A DNA stretch of 64,000 nt from a virus (IMGVR_UViG_3300037962_000518:7960-71959); one strand, 5' to 3'; shown: positions 1-8,529, numbered from the stretch's first letter. A program made the numbers and translations. Notes: generated by a model not told the origin, from the letters alone.

Positions 1-120
1 CTATGTGTTAGGGGAATATTGTAATTTAGATGATATGAATCTGATCCCGTGTATCAGTTTATTTACAGAACCAGACCACACTATAAATAAATTGAAAGAT
101 GATTACAGAACCGCATTAAT

Positions 121-171
121 TGAGGTTTTGAATTAGAAGAGCTAGAAGAGTTACAAAGAAACACCCTCTAA
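121..171 (+). pseudogene. Decayed 3' fragment paralogous to the C-terminus of the 684..887 gene
   Basis: 126-171 nearly repeats the last ~45 nt of ORF 684..887 (ELEELEELQRNTL-stop). An upstream in-frame TGA and a 4-nt indel break the frame. Confidence 0.35.
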
Positions 172-289
172 ATACAAACTATTCTCAACAAAATAAATGC
201 AAATTAATTACATTTAGTGCTTGCATCTTTATGCCAGTTTGCTATTATAAACACATACCCAAACGGGACAACTAATTAAAGGAAAGATT

Positions 290-466
290 ATGAATATTCG
301 TGAAGCCAAGAAACTTGCAAACAAGTCTTTTTCTAAATGGTCAGGTTTTGAAACTGAGTTACCTAAAGATTTACTTTTCACAGTAGCGGGTAATATCAAA
401 CACAACGGTTGGACTGATGAAAATATGTTCGCTTTTTTCAATAAGATGTTTACAAAATCAATTTAA
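290..466 (+). CDS. Hypothetical small protein (58 aa, MNIREAKKLANK...)
   Basis: ATG at 290 preceded by AAAGGAAAG RBS; same strand as downstream genes. Preferred over the overlapping antisense ORF 229..441. Confidence 0.45.
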   Translation: MNIREAKKLANKSFSKWSGFETELPKDLLFTVAGNIKHNGWTDENMFAFFNKMFTKSI

Positions 467-477
467 TAGGAAAGACC

Positions 478-663
478 ATGAAAGTAACAACAAGTAAAGG
501 CAATATCCGCGTTAACAATGTTCAGGTTGGCTGGAGTGTAGAAAAGAATGATCAAGGTGAATGGGATTTATTAAACTTTGATGATGAGGTGGTGTTCACG
601 GCTAAAACTAAAAAGGCTGCATTATCACATTATTGTGAATGGTATGCAGAAAATCAACTTTAA
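478..663 (+). CDS. Hypothetical protein (61 aa)
   Basis: ORF with upstream TAGGAAAG RBS-like motif; in series with neighbouring small genes. Confidence 0.5.
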   Translation: MKVTTSKGNIRVNNVQVGWSVEKNDQGEWDLLNFDDEVVFTAKTKKAALSHYCEWYAENQL

Positions 664-683
664 CCTAAATAGGAATTACTATC

Positions 684-887
684 ATGAATAAACAAGAATT
701 ATTATCATTAAAGTCCCAATATGAGATTAGGGCAAAACATTACCATGATCTTAATACAGAGCAAGGTGATATTCGTTGTGTTCAATTTGAAAGACTTGTT
801 ACCAAGGTTGACGATTGTCTTAATCAACTTTCAAGGTTTGAAAGAGAATTAGAAGAGTTGGAAGAACTACAACGTAATACCCTTTAA
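684..887 (+). CDS. Hypothetical coiled-coil protein (67 aa)
   Basis: ORF preceded by TTTAACCTAAATAGGAA junction motif that supplies an AGGA RBS. A paralogous remnant lies at window start. Confidence 0.5.
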   Translation: MNKQELLSLKSQYEIRAKHYHDLNTEQGDIRCVQFERLVTKVDDCLNQLSRFERELEELEELQRNTL

Positions 888-1053
888 CCTAAATAGGAAG
901 TATTGTTATACAGCCTCATTAATTTGGGGCTTTTATTACATACCGATTATTATGTTATAGTAATTCATTTCATGAATAACGGGTAACATCTCAATTCTTG
1001 AATTACTACAATAACATAAACATGTTTATTCAGTCCAAACAATCCCTACTCTT

Positions 1054-1068
1054 TGCAACAACGTTGCA
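1054..1068. repeat. Palindrome TGCAAC-AAC-GTTGCA (copy 1)
   Basis: Perfect 6-bp arms around a 3-nt centre; same architecture recurs at 1908 and 1971. Confidence 0.7.
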
Positions 1069-1234
1069 CAATACACCCTCTTATTCACAATACTGCATAA
1101 ACGTCTGTATAAAGACTTCTCTATAGTGGTAATACACTTGCTTAAGTGAATCTACTTTGAGCTTACAGCTCGTTATAGACTCCTTAAAATTGAACAAACT
1201 TTGTAATATTATCGATTACACCAAAATAAAATCC

Positions 1235-1251
1235 TTGCAATGTTATTGCAA
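1235..1251. repeat. Palindrome TTGCAAT-GTT-ATTGCAA
   Basis: 7-bp inverted arms with a 3-nt centre. Confidence 0.6.
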
Positions 1252-1441
1252 ATGTGTATCCCTCTTTAACAATGAATAATCTTTGAATAACTATTCAATA
1301 TGTGAATAAACAAGAATAGTTCTTAAATAGAGGTGATTGAATAAGTATGTGTTATTTCTACATGAATATGCAATCGTATTTATTGCTTGAAATGGGCTGT
1401 TTTAATCTATAATTTAGAAGGATAGATTAATAGTAAGCGGT

Positions 1442-1480
1442 TGTTATTGATAATTATTCTTACTTAAAGCAACGCTTTGA
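1442..1480. repeat. Imperfect direct repeat copy A (TGTTATTGATAAT...TTAAAGCAACGCTTTGA)
   Basis: Shares a 13-nt and a 17-nt block with 1609..1646. Contains the AAAGC-AAC-GCTTT palindrome. Confidence 0.6.
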
Positions 1481-1495
1481 GAACATACAATTCTT

Positions 1496-1508
1496 GTTAC
1501 ATTGTAAC
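1496..1508. repeat. Palindrome GTTACA-T-TGTAAC
   Basis: Perfect inverted repeat seen directly. Confidence 0.6.
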
Positions 1509-1608
1509 AAATATAACATCCTGCTTAATGAGAACCTTTATTATATAAATATGTCCTATGTTATACAGATAGACATAAATAAAAATTATGTAAGGTATTA
1601 ATGAGAAC

Positions 1609-1646
1609 TGTTATTGATAATGTATAGCTTTAAAGCAACGCTTTGA
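1609..1646. repeat. Imperfect direct repeat copy B
   Basis: Matches 1442..1480 in two blocks; followed by CGCATTTGCG and GTTGCATGTTGCAAC palindromic elements. Confidence 0.6.
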
Positions 1647-1906
1647 AATGTTTGTTATGTTATCGCATTTGCGATGAAAGCGTCATGTTTGTTGCATGTT
1701 GCAACAGAGATATACATGTTTACAACAACGTTGTAAGAGTAGATTCTCTTATCGTGAATACGATAAATAGGGGAATTTTAGAAAGGGGTTATAGTTTGAT
1801 AATAGGAGTATTATTTGGAAAGGTGTATATTGTTGGGAGGGGATTTCGTGTTGTGAATGTGTTTTAACACATGAGAAACACAAATACACTCATTAAACAA
1901 TACCTT

Positions 1907-1929
1907 ATGCAACATTGTTGCAAGAATAT
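1907..1929. repeat. 23-bp direct repeat copy 1 containing palindrome TGCAAC-ATT-GTTGCA
   Basis: tgcaacattgttgcaagaata is repeated exactly at 1970..1992. Confidence 0.75.
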
Positions 1930-1969
1930 AACTCTTTTTAAAGTGTAAACCCCCTTTACAAACACCACT

Positions 1970-1992
1970 TTGCAACATTGTTGCAAGAATAC
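1970..1992. repeat. 23-bp direct repeat copy 2 containing palindrome TGCAAC-ATT-GTTGCA
   Basis: Exact repeat of 1907..1929. Confidence 0.75.
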
Positions 1993-2290
1993 CCGTTATG
2001 TTACAACGTAACAAAGTATACCCCATTTATCTTATAAGGAATACATTATTCTAAATACTCCCACTTTGAAGAATACCCTTTGATGGAATGAATTATTCTT
2101 ATTGCGAAGCAATGAAAGGAATACTTTGTTGGGAGGGGGAACATAGCCGATAAAGCAATATTATGGTTAATTAGATAATACTAATATGAGAATGATTCTT
2201 GATTGATAATGTATTCCTGTTTGTCACAATGTGACAGAATAGTTTAGTATTATTCCAATGGAATAGAATATTCTATAAGGGATTGATTTG

Positions 2291-2733
2291 ATAGATATTT
2301 TATATGTCTGAGGGAAATGAGAATGGGTATCATTTACGCTACTTAACACTATTCACATTCAATTCTACTTTTCCAAATAAAAACTAACCTCCATAAAGAA
2401 TACCCTTCCCACAGATATTTCCATTCTCAAAAGGATATCCCTCCTTCCAAAATAACACCTCTCCTAAAATTTTTTATTATTATCAAACAGATATTTTCAA
2501 AACTACGTTTTAAGAAGGTACTCTCCTTATGACATTCGTCATAGATATTTTATTTCTTATAACAAAAGGATATTTCACAACGTAGTTGTAAGAGTGTTAT
2601 AGTTTTGAAGGAGGTTAGTATAGGCAATAATACTTTGTTTAAAAGGTTTACAATTTGCTTGCGATGCAAGAAAGGTGTCCTTATATAGTTGTCAGATAAA
2701 AGCTTATTGGTATGAGCGAGTTTACAGATATTT
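2291..2733. repeat. Cluster of five A(C/T)AGATATTT decamers
   Basis: Motif occurrences end at 2300, 2420, 2496, 2550 and 2733. Also a 6-bp hairpin palindrome TATGAC-attc-GTCATA at 2528..2543 and an inverted repeat AAAACTACGTT/AACGTAGTTGT at 2499/2579. Confidence 0.55.
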
Positions 2734-2806
2734 CATCTTCAATATTTGACTAACAGGTGAAGATAAAAATCCCTACAGTATATTTTAGTTGTAGTCAAGC
2801 ATTAAA

Positions 2807-2836
2807 TTGACATTTACTATATCTTCATGTTATAAT
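2807..2836 (+). promoter_or_regulatory. Consensus sigma-A-type promoter with extended -10 (TTGACA-N18-TGtTATAAT)
   Basis: TTGACA at 2807-2812 and TATAAT at 2831-2836 with TG upstream. The ORF-track start at 2807 therefore coincides with the -35 box. Confidence 0.65.
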
Positions 2837-2872
2837 ATAGATAGAAGATTAGATAAATATGGAATAATAAGA

Positions 2873-3655
2873 ATGAATAAAGCCACACCAAAATTAGTTG
2901 GGGATAATATCGGTATTACATACTTACATGTTAGAGATAAGAACGGTAAGAAAGGTAAAAAGGTAGTTAAACTCTTTGACACAGATACAGGAGAGATATT
3001 TGAAAATATTCCCTACACCATCCGCCCACATAAACAAGTAGACCCACTACCAAGATTTGCTAAATGTGAAGAAGATGCTTTAGAGTTTAGAAGCTCTACT
3101 GATATGAAGTACACACGTTCTGATAATAAACATTTTGGAGAGTTGCAAGCATTATCCGAACACCACGGTAGTTCAATACTAAAACAAATACTCAGTTTTA
3201 CAAAACATGTGAAGATTCATAACGTAGCTTTTATCCATAGAGATATTTTATGTGAAATACTTGAATGTACTAATACTAACCTTAATAGGAAACTGAATAG
3301 TTTGGTTAAGAGAAATCTTATAAAGTATGAAACTAAATCTGTATGTACACAAAAGACGGTTAAGATATTAATAAACCCTTTTACTTTTTGGTTTGGAAAT
3401 TACACATCTAGGATGAATGAGTGGTTGTCTTACTGGTGTGCTAAATCTGAAGACATCTTGGGGTGTGAAGCACAAACATTATCCTATATCGATACAGAAG
3501 ATGTTAAGGGTGCAGAGGATTACGATATCTCTTATGACATAGGTGTTTATGATGATAGTGCCGAATATATTGGAGATAGAGGTTATCTTATGAGCGAGAG
3601 TAACTTAGATTACCTAACAGAAGCAGAATTAATATACTTGATTTATGGAGTGTAA
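2873..3655 (+). CDS. Hypothetical protein (~260 aa)
   Basis: Long ORF 2807..3655. I place the start at the internal ATG 2873 (MNKATPK...) because the ORF-track start 2807 lies inside the promoter. No recognisable motif. Confidence 0.5.
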   Translation: MNKATPKLVGDNIGITYLHVRDKNGKKGKKVVKLFDTDTGEIFENIPYTIRPHKQVDPLPRFAKCEEDALEFRSSTDMKYTRSDNKHFGELQALSEHHGSSILKQILSFTKHVKIHNVAFIHRDILCEILECTNTNLNRKLNSLVKRNLIKYETKSVCTQKTVKILINPFTFWFGNYTSRMNEWLSYWCAKSEDILGCEAQTLSYIDTEDVKGAEDYDISYDIGVYDDSAEYIGDRGYLMSESNLDYLTEAELIYLIYGV

Positions 3656-4334
3656 TATGAAAGATAAATATTATGTCTACAAAGTAACCCTAGAAGGCAG
3701 AGTAGTGTACGTTGGAAAAGGTTCTGGTACTAGAATAAATCATGTGTCATCAGGGTGCAGTCATAATAGTAAAATAAATGAAGCTTATTTCAGAAGTAAG
3801 TTACTGGGAGAGCCTCCGCTTAAGGTTGAGATTATCACCTATTTAGAAACTTCAAAAGAAGCTCTTGCGGAAGAGAGTAGGTTAATAAAGGAACTTGATC
3901 CAGATTATAATACTTTCAGGTGTTCTGATTCTGAAGCACTCTCTGTAAATAAAAACATTACAAGCTATGAATCTTTTGTAGAGTACATACAAGAATGTTA
4001 TAAAGCCTATCTAGAGTCAACTACCTCAAGTAATCCACATAATCTTAAGTGGTATGTTTACAGCAAACTTAACTCTACTGTGTGGGAGGGATATTCAAAT
4101 TTCTTACAAAACTATTACTCGGAATTGAGAAATTCTACCAAAGATTCTAGAGTAAATAATAAAGGAAGGCCAAGAAAATCTTTCCCCGACAAATTAGGTA
4201 TGAATTCTTCAGAAAGAACGGCTTTTTACTATTATCAGAGAAAGATGGGTGAGAAGTTTTCAATGTCCTCTGACAAAGATATTGATGAGGTCGTTGCATG
4301 GTTGGATAATAGGAGAAAGTCTTCCCCAAACTAG
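3645..4334 (+). CDS. GIY-YIG family homing endonuclease
   Basis: N-terminal YYVYKV...VYVGKGSGTRINH...EESRLIKELDPDYN matches the GIY/YIG/Arg/Glu/Asn motif order of GIY-YIG nucleases. Confidence 0.65.
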   Translation: MECNMKDKYYVYKVTLEGRVVYVGKGSGTRINHVSSGCSHNSKINEAYFRSKLLGEPPLKVEIITYLETSKEALAEESRLIKELDPDYNTFRCSDSEALSVNKNITSYESFVEYIQECYKAYLESTTSSNPHNLKWYVYSKLNSTVWEGYSNFLQNYYSELRNSTKDSRVNNKGRPRKSFPDKLGMNSSERTAFYYYQRKMGEKFSMSSDKDIDEVVAWLDNRRKSSPN

Positions 4335-4375
4335 GAGCAGCTTCTTTTATATTTATTATCACTTACTTCCTCCAA

Positions 4376-4399
4376 CGCAAAAAGCCCCTAACAGGGGCT
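4376..4399 (-). terminator. Intrinsic terminator closing the long leftward block
   Basis: AGCCCC-taaca-GGGGCT hairpin; on the minus strand it is followed by TTTTTG. Confidence 0.6.
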
Positions 4400-4421
4400 A
4401 AATAAATCACCTTAATTTCTA

Positions 4422-4859
4422 TTAGGGTAGCTTCTCAGCTTGTTCAATAGATTCTTTCAAACGATTCTTATTGTTATCGGTTTTTAATAAATACTTAGTA
4501 TCTCCCTTAGCCTTACTCTTACGCTCACTAAGACGTTTCATAAGTTCATCAATACTAATAACGCGCCCATTATCCACATCCTCTTGACTAAAATCTAATA
4601 ACATCATTAAAGCTTCTGCCTCTGTGATAAAGTTATCATCCTTACCAAGATATTTATTCAAATCTTCATCAGTGTAAAACTTACCACCAGAAGGATTACG
4701 TCTCGCTACAAACTTACCATCTTCATCCCAACGGGATAATGTACGTGTACTTACTTTGATAATATTTGCAAACTCTTTTGGTTTATACACTTGTGTCATA
4801 TTTATTCCTCTTTTGTTAGTTTCTAAGTTAATTATAACGTGATTGTCATTGTTTGTCAA
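4422..4859 (-). CDS. MerR-like HTH DNA-binding protein
   Basis: EFANIIKVSTRTLSRWDEDGKF helix-turn-helix signature resembling MerR/excisionase-type HTH. The start may be the internal MTQVYKP. Confidence 0.45.
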   Translation of the reverse strand: MTNNDNHVIINLETNKRGINMTQVYKPKEFANIIKVSTRTLSRWDEDGKFVARRNPSGGKFYTDEDLNKYLGKDDNFITEAEALMMLLDFSQEDVDNGRVISIDELMKRLSERKSKAKGDTKYLLKTDNNKNRLKESIEQAEKLP

Positions 4860-5329
4860 CTACCCACAACCCTAGCCAAGAACCTCTCAACCAACTCCTC
4901 CTCGCAACACTCATCTTGATAAGAAAATCCACACTCCGAACAAGATATTTCCGATACACCTAATCCTCTGCTACTATTTATACCTAGTGTTGAGAAATCA
5001 TTAACCTGACAATCAGGACAAACTCCTAACCACCAAGTTTCCTCTACTGTAGGATAATGGTCTTCATCTTCCATAAATAAATCACAATCTTCGTGGTGTG
5101 ACATTGGTATACTTGGTGTTAATGTTCCGCAAATAGAGCAGAATGAATTTCCCTCTTTACAATTACCTGTTAGTTTTGTCCTTGGACATAGTTTTGAAAA
5201 CTCTTCTTGTGTATAAGGAGGAGAGCTACCAAATACTTCTAGCATACTCCATTCCTGTGAACCATCTGTTTTCATGTTAGGGATATACCCTAAGTAATCT
5301 TTATATTTATTCTCTATCCAGTCTGACAT
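4856..5329 (-). CDS. Hypothetical Cys-rich protein (157 aa)
   Basis: ORF with multiple CxxC pairs (putative zinc binding); overlaps neighbours by 4 nt. Confidence 0.5.
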   Translation of the reverse strand: MSDWIENKYKDYLGYIPNMKTDGSQEWSMLEVFGSSPPYTQEEFSKLCPRTKLTGNCKEGNSFCSICGTLTPSIPMSHHEDCDLFMEDEDHYPTVEETWWLGVCPDCQVNDFSTLGINSSRGLGVSEISCSECGFSYQDECCEEELVERFLARVVGS

Positions 5330-5337
5330 GGCTATTC

Positions 5338-5856
5338 CTAATACACTCTATCTACTTTATTAACATAAAACTCTACCACACCATCCTCATAACAGTCAAG
5401 GTACATTTCCCCTAACGTGTTACCGCAAGAACATGTCAGCTTTCTTCCCATGCTCCAATTACAACAACCATATCCAGACTTAAACGGCGGGATGATATTA
5501 TCCAACACGGACGCTTTCCCTACAATAAAGCGTTTACCACTACCTCCGAAAGTTCTGTTGTAACTTAAATCTGTTTTAGAAACATTATGGTCAGCCTTAG
5601 CTTCAAGTTTAGAAATATAACCATACATATCTAACACTGTCCAGTTATATTTCTTGGTTACAGGTTTTAATACAAACACACCTTTCTTAAAGGTTCTATT
5701 AGTCTCTATATAGTCCTCTGTAACTCCATCACCAAAGTCTACTGTTTCTGTGTAAGTTATCTTCTCCCACACCTTTTTGGTGTCGTAATGTTTATAACTG
5801 ACAGGGTACATATCTTGTGTGAGTTGTTTATTGCAACAATTACATTTTAGTTTCAT
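5338..5856 (-). CDS. Hypothetical protein (172 aa) with CxxC motifs
   Basis: ORF in co-directional array. Confidence 0.5.
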   Translation of the reverse strand: MKLKCNCCNKQLTQDMYPVSYKHYDTKKVWEKITYTETVDFGDGVTEDYIETNRTFKKGVFVLKPVTKKYNWTVLDMYGYISKLEAKADHNVSKTDLSYNRTFGGSGKRFIVGKASVLDNIIPPFKSGYGCCNWSMGRKLTCSCGNTLGEMYLDCYEDGVVEFYVNKVDRVY

Positions 5857-6164
5857 TAATAATCATCCCAACTATCAATAACTACCCGCAAAGCACACAT
5901 CCTTTTGATGAAATCTTCATCAAATTGTTCTGTTACATCCGTACTCACATATTTATCATCTTGGTCATAATGCCCATAAGAGTAACCTTGACTGTAATGT
6001 ACCTGTCTTACAGCACCATCATCAAAACTTAAATAACTATCATCGTAGTTGTAATCACTTTTACTATGCTTCCTACATAACGTCTTATACTTATCTTGTA
6101 ACACTTGTTTGATATCTATATCAATCTCAATATTATTCAGTGTATCTAGTAAATTAAATTTCAT
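5856..6164 (-). CDS. Hypothetical acidic protein (102 aa)
   Basis: ORF; 1-nt overlap with the upstream gene. Confidence 0.45.
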   Translation of the reverse strand: MKFNLLDTLNNIEIDIDIKQVLQDKYKTLCRKHSKSDYNYDDSYLSFDDGAVRQVHYSQGYSYGHYDQDDKYVSTDVTEQFDEDFIKRMCALRVVIDSWDDY

Positions 6165-6544
6165 ATTTCCTCCTCACATTTCTTCTTCAAATAAAATGTT
6201 GCAATACTTGTGTACAAGAATCCTACACCAATAATACTTTCAATAAGCTTGGTTTCCGTCAACAATAGTAACCCTACCACAATCCATAGCCATCTCATAA
6301 ATGTATCTAGTTTTCGGTTGGTGTGCAATGTTACTTCCCACACATTATTTTTAAATCCTTTGTATAGCCGTCTACTGATGACGTAAGATTCAAATAGTAC
6401 AAATGCACTTAAAAGGAATGGTACTATCATGGTATATGTATCTACCCAACCAAGCCGCTTAACAATTTCATAAATAATAGCTCCTACAATTATAGCTATT
6501 GCATATGTCTTACCATTCATATCTACGTTATTAATCTTTTTCAT
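6161..6544 (-). CDS. Hypothetical membrane protein (127 aa)
   Basis: Three hydrophobic segments. Confidence 0.5.
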   Translation of the reverse strand: MKKINNVDMNGKTYAIAIIVGAIIYEIVKRLGWVDTYTMIVPFLLSAFVLFESYVISRRLYKGFKNNVWEVTLHTNRKLDTFMRWLWIVVGLLLLTETKLIESIIGVGFLYTSIATFYLKKKCEEEI

Positions 6545-6556
6545 TTGTTTTCTCCT

Positions 6557-6730
6557 CTAAATAAACAATACAAGTATAATATAACAAAAGGCAATTAGTA
6601 AAGTGGTTTTGTAATCACTTAACAACTGCTCATAAGACTTCTTTCGCCAACCTTCCATTTTGAAACACCACTTACCATCTTCTCTAAGAGTAATTTTATA
6701 GTAATGGGTTAAGAACTTATTTATGTTCAT
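6557..6730 (-). CDS. Hypothetical small membrane protein (~58 aa)
   Basis: ATG at 6730 overlaps the upstream TAA (TAATG) and is preceded by AGGAGAGG RBS. C-terminal hydrophobic segment. The longer ORF-track start at 6778 is less likely. Confidence 0.45.
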   Translation of the reverse strand: MNINKFLTHYYKITLREDGKWCFKMEGWRKKSYEQLLSDYKTTLLIAFCYIILVLFI

Positions 6731-7188
6731 TACCTCTCCTCTAAATTCCATAATTCTTTTAAACCATACTTTTCGCAATCATGGTTGAAATTCTCAATAA
6801 CACTTCTATAATCTTTCCACATTAATAGGTATACCTTATTCACTGAGTTTAGTTTATCTAGGTTATAATTGCAACGGCTTTCATGTAAATAATACTCCAA
6901 GTGTTTAAATTTGATAATATCCCTATATGATAGCTTATTTGCACTCACAATATCATACAACAAGGTTTGAAGCTCATTTTCAATTCTACAAACTAGTTGT
7001 AAAGTATCTTCTATTTTACCTTCTGGTTCAATCCATTTCTTCCAGAACATTTCATCATAATCTAGATAAACAAGTTCTACCATTACTTCTCTCCTAAATA
7101 AAATGTTTACCAAACAGAGTGTATACTTTAAACTTCTTAGGGTTATCTTTATGATAGGTATTCTTCTCCATTGAAAATTTCCAATCAT
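6730..7188 (-). CDS. Hypothetical protein (152 aa)
   Basis: ORF. Confidence 0.5.
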   Translation of the reverse strand: MIGNFQWRRIPIIKITLRSLKYTLCLVNILFRREVMVELVYLDYDEMFWKKWIEPEGKIEDTLQLVCRIENELQTLLYDIVSANKLSYRDIIKFKHLEYYLHESRCNYNLDKLNSVNKVYLLMWKDYRSVIENFNHDCEKYGLKELWNLEER

Positions 7189-7242
7189 TTGTCACCTGAA
7201 AGTGTGTCATCCCGATTCTGATATTAAACCATAAATTACTCA

Positions 7243-7452
7243 TCAATCTTCTTCCTTACGCTGTACAATTTTATTTGTTACGTCCTTACTAGGAAAGTTG
7301 TATGTAATCTTTTCCTCATCATTTTCTAAAATCACTGTATCAAACTTACCGTCAGATGTGAAATCTAATTCGTAAATAGAATTCCATACGTCTAACAATA
7401 TTTCTTGTGTACGTACACTTGTAACAACTATGTTTTCAATTACTAGCTTCAT
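7243..7452 (-). CDS. Hypothetical protein (69 aa)
   Basis: ORF. Confidence 0.4.
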   Translation of the reverse strand: MKLVIENIVVTSVRTQEILLDVWNSIYELDFTSDGKFDTVILENDEEKITYNFPSKDVTNKIVQRKEED

Positions 7453-7498
7453 GTTATATATTACTCCTCTTTAATCCAACTTGTGTCTGGATAGTCAC

Positions 7499-7711
7499 TC
7501 ACAGTCTTTTCTCCAAATATAAATTTACAATATATTCTCCATTTACATCATCTTGTTTGGTAAACCATAGCAGTCCATAACCATAAGCTGCTTGTACTTT
7601 GCCACGAACAAGATTCTTTGTTGCAGTGTAATCAACTTTTCCAGAGGAATCCTTTATTTGGTCACTGGTTTGTAGCTGGACTTCAATAGTTTTCTTTTCA
7701 CGTAGTATCAT
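7499..7711 (-). CDS. Hypothetical protein (~70 aa)
   Basis: ORF 7499..7732. The internal start MILREKK has a GGAGATGGTGG RBS and an ATGA overlap with the upstream small ORF. Confidence 0.45.
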   Translation of the reverse strand: MILREKKTIEVQLQTSDQIKDSSGKVDYTATKNLVRGKVQAAYGYGLLWFTKQDDVNGEYIVNLYLEKRL

Positions 7712-7860
7712 TCCACCATCTCCAACAAACATTGATACATATAAGGAGAGTTAATACCTGATAAGAATTCCCACTCACCATTTCCAGCATATTTATATTT
7801 TGTTTTAACACCGTTGTAGAATACACAAGCTATGTATCCAATAGGGTACTTATTTTTCAT
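7708..7860 (-). CDS. Hypothetical small protein (50 aa, MKNKYPIGYIA...)
   Basis: Not in the >=60 aa ORF track. Strong AGAGGAG RBS 6 nt upstream of ATG 7860. Confidence 0.45.
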   Translation of the reverse strand: MKNKYPIGYIACVFYNGVKTKYKYAGNGEWEFLSGINSPYMYQCLLEMVE

Positions 7861-8131
7861 GACTTCTCCTCTTTCCACGATACTCCACTGTAGGAGGTCG
7901 TTTTATAATAGCAACATAATTATCCCAAGTAAACTCTTTATTGCGAAGTTTTTCTCTCCATGTATGGATATCTGTAGGATATGGATCTTCTCGTAAAAGC
8001 TTCTTCATAGCAAAACCAATTTCAGGAGAATCATTTGCGCACCAATACATCATTTCTCTTATTTCACTTTTTAAGATATAGAGTTCCTTTTCTGCAGCCT
8101 CTAATTCTTTTCTACGCTTTGTTTTGAACAT
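7850..8131 (-). CDS. Hypothetical basic protein (93 aa)
   Basis: ORF. Confidence 0.45.
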   Translation of the reverse strand: MFKTKRRKELEAAEKELYILKSEIREMMYWCANDSPEIGFAMKKLLREDPYPTDIHTWREKLRNKEFTWDNYVAIIKRPPTVEYRGKRRSHEK

Positions 8132-8525
8132 TTTTAAACTCCAAATAACGTTTTCTACAAGACTTTCTTAGTTTAATAATGCTTGATGCAGTCAATAAAT
8201 AAACAACAGCTAAAATAGGATGACCTGTTAAGATAAATAACGTAATGTTGGTTAAGCTTATTACCGTTGAATACCCATTCCTCATCAAACTAGTTTTATC
8301 TTTATATACACTGAAAACCTTCTCAACCTTGTCCGCTTCTAAATGACCATTATCATATCCTATAATATATAGTATAAGCATAACAACCAGAAATACAGTT
8401 ACTCCTGCAAGAACGCTATACAGTGTGATAATAAATACCTCTAAGTTTGGTAATCCTAATACATAAGATACTAATAATAAACTTGTCATTAATAAGCTAA
8501 CAATAATAGATAATACACTTTTCAT
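8112..8525 (-). CDS. Membrane protein, paralogue A of a duplicated family
   Basis: 4 TM segments. Shares LPxLEVFI...GYDxGHLE...GHP motifs with 10014..10418. Confidence 0.55.
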   Translation of the reverse strand: MKSVLSIIVSLLMTSLLLVSYVLGLPNLEVFIITLYSVLAGVTVFLVVMLILYIIGYDNGHLEADKVEKVFSVYKDKTSLMRNGYSTVISLTNITLFILTGHPILAVVYLLTASSIIKLRKSCRKRYLEFKNVQNKA

Positions 8526-8529
8526 AATT

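Larger units (their letters stand above)
900..2806. promoter_or_regulatory. ~1.9 kb repeat- and palindrome-dense non-coding region (candidate early-promoter/operator array, origin or terminal-repeat boundary)
   Basis: No convincing ORFs. Contains multiple 13-17 bp palindromes, direct repeats, and recurring short motifs (AAGAATACCC, TTGTTGGGAGGGG, A(C/T)AGATATTT). Confidence 0.5.

Noticed and set aside
229-441. 70-aa minus-strand ORF at the window start
   Set aside because: It overlaps a same-region plus-strand ORF (290..466) that has a clear RBS and matches the strand and RBS pattern of the two downstream small genes. The minus ORF has no RBS and Leu/Ser/Phe-rich antisense-like composition.
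1643-2026. 74-aa (+) and 71-aa (-) ORFs inside the repeat-dense non-coding region
   Set aside because: Neither has an RBS. Their sequence is dictated by the palindromes and direct repeats (Cys/Val/Asn-rich low-complexity translation). The region is better explained as regulatory DNA.
2807-2872. Extension of the 282-aa ORF to an ATG at 2807
   Set aside because: That ATG overlaps the -35 hexamer of a consensus extended -10 promoter, so the transcript would start downstream of it. The internal ATG at 2873 is the likely start.
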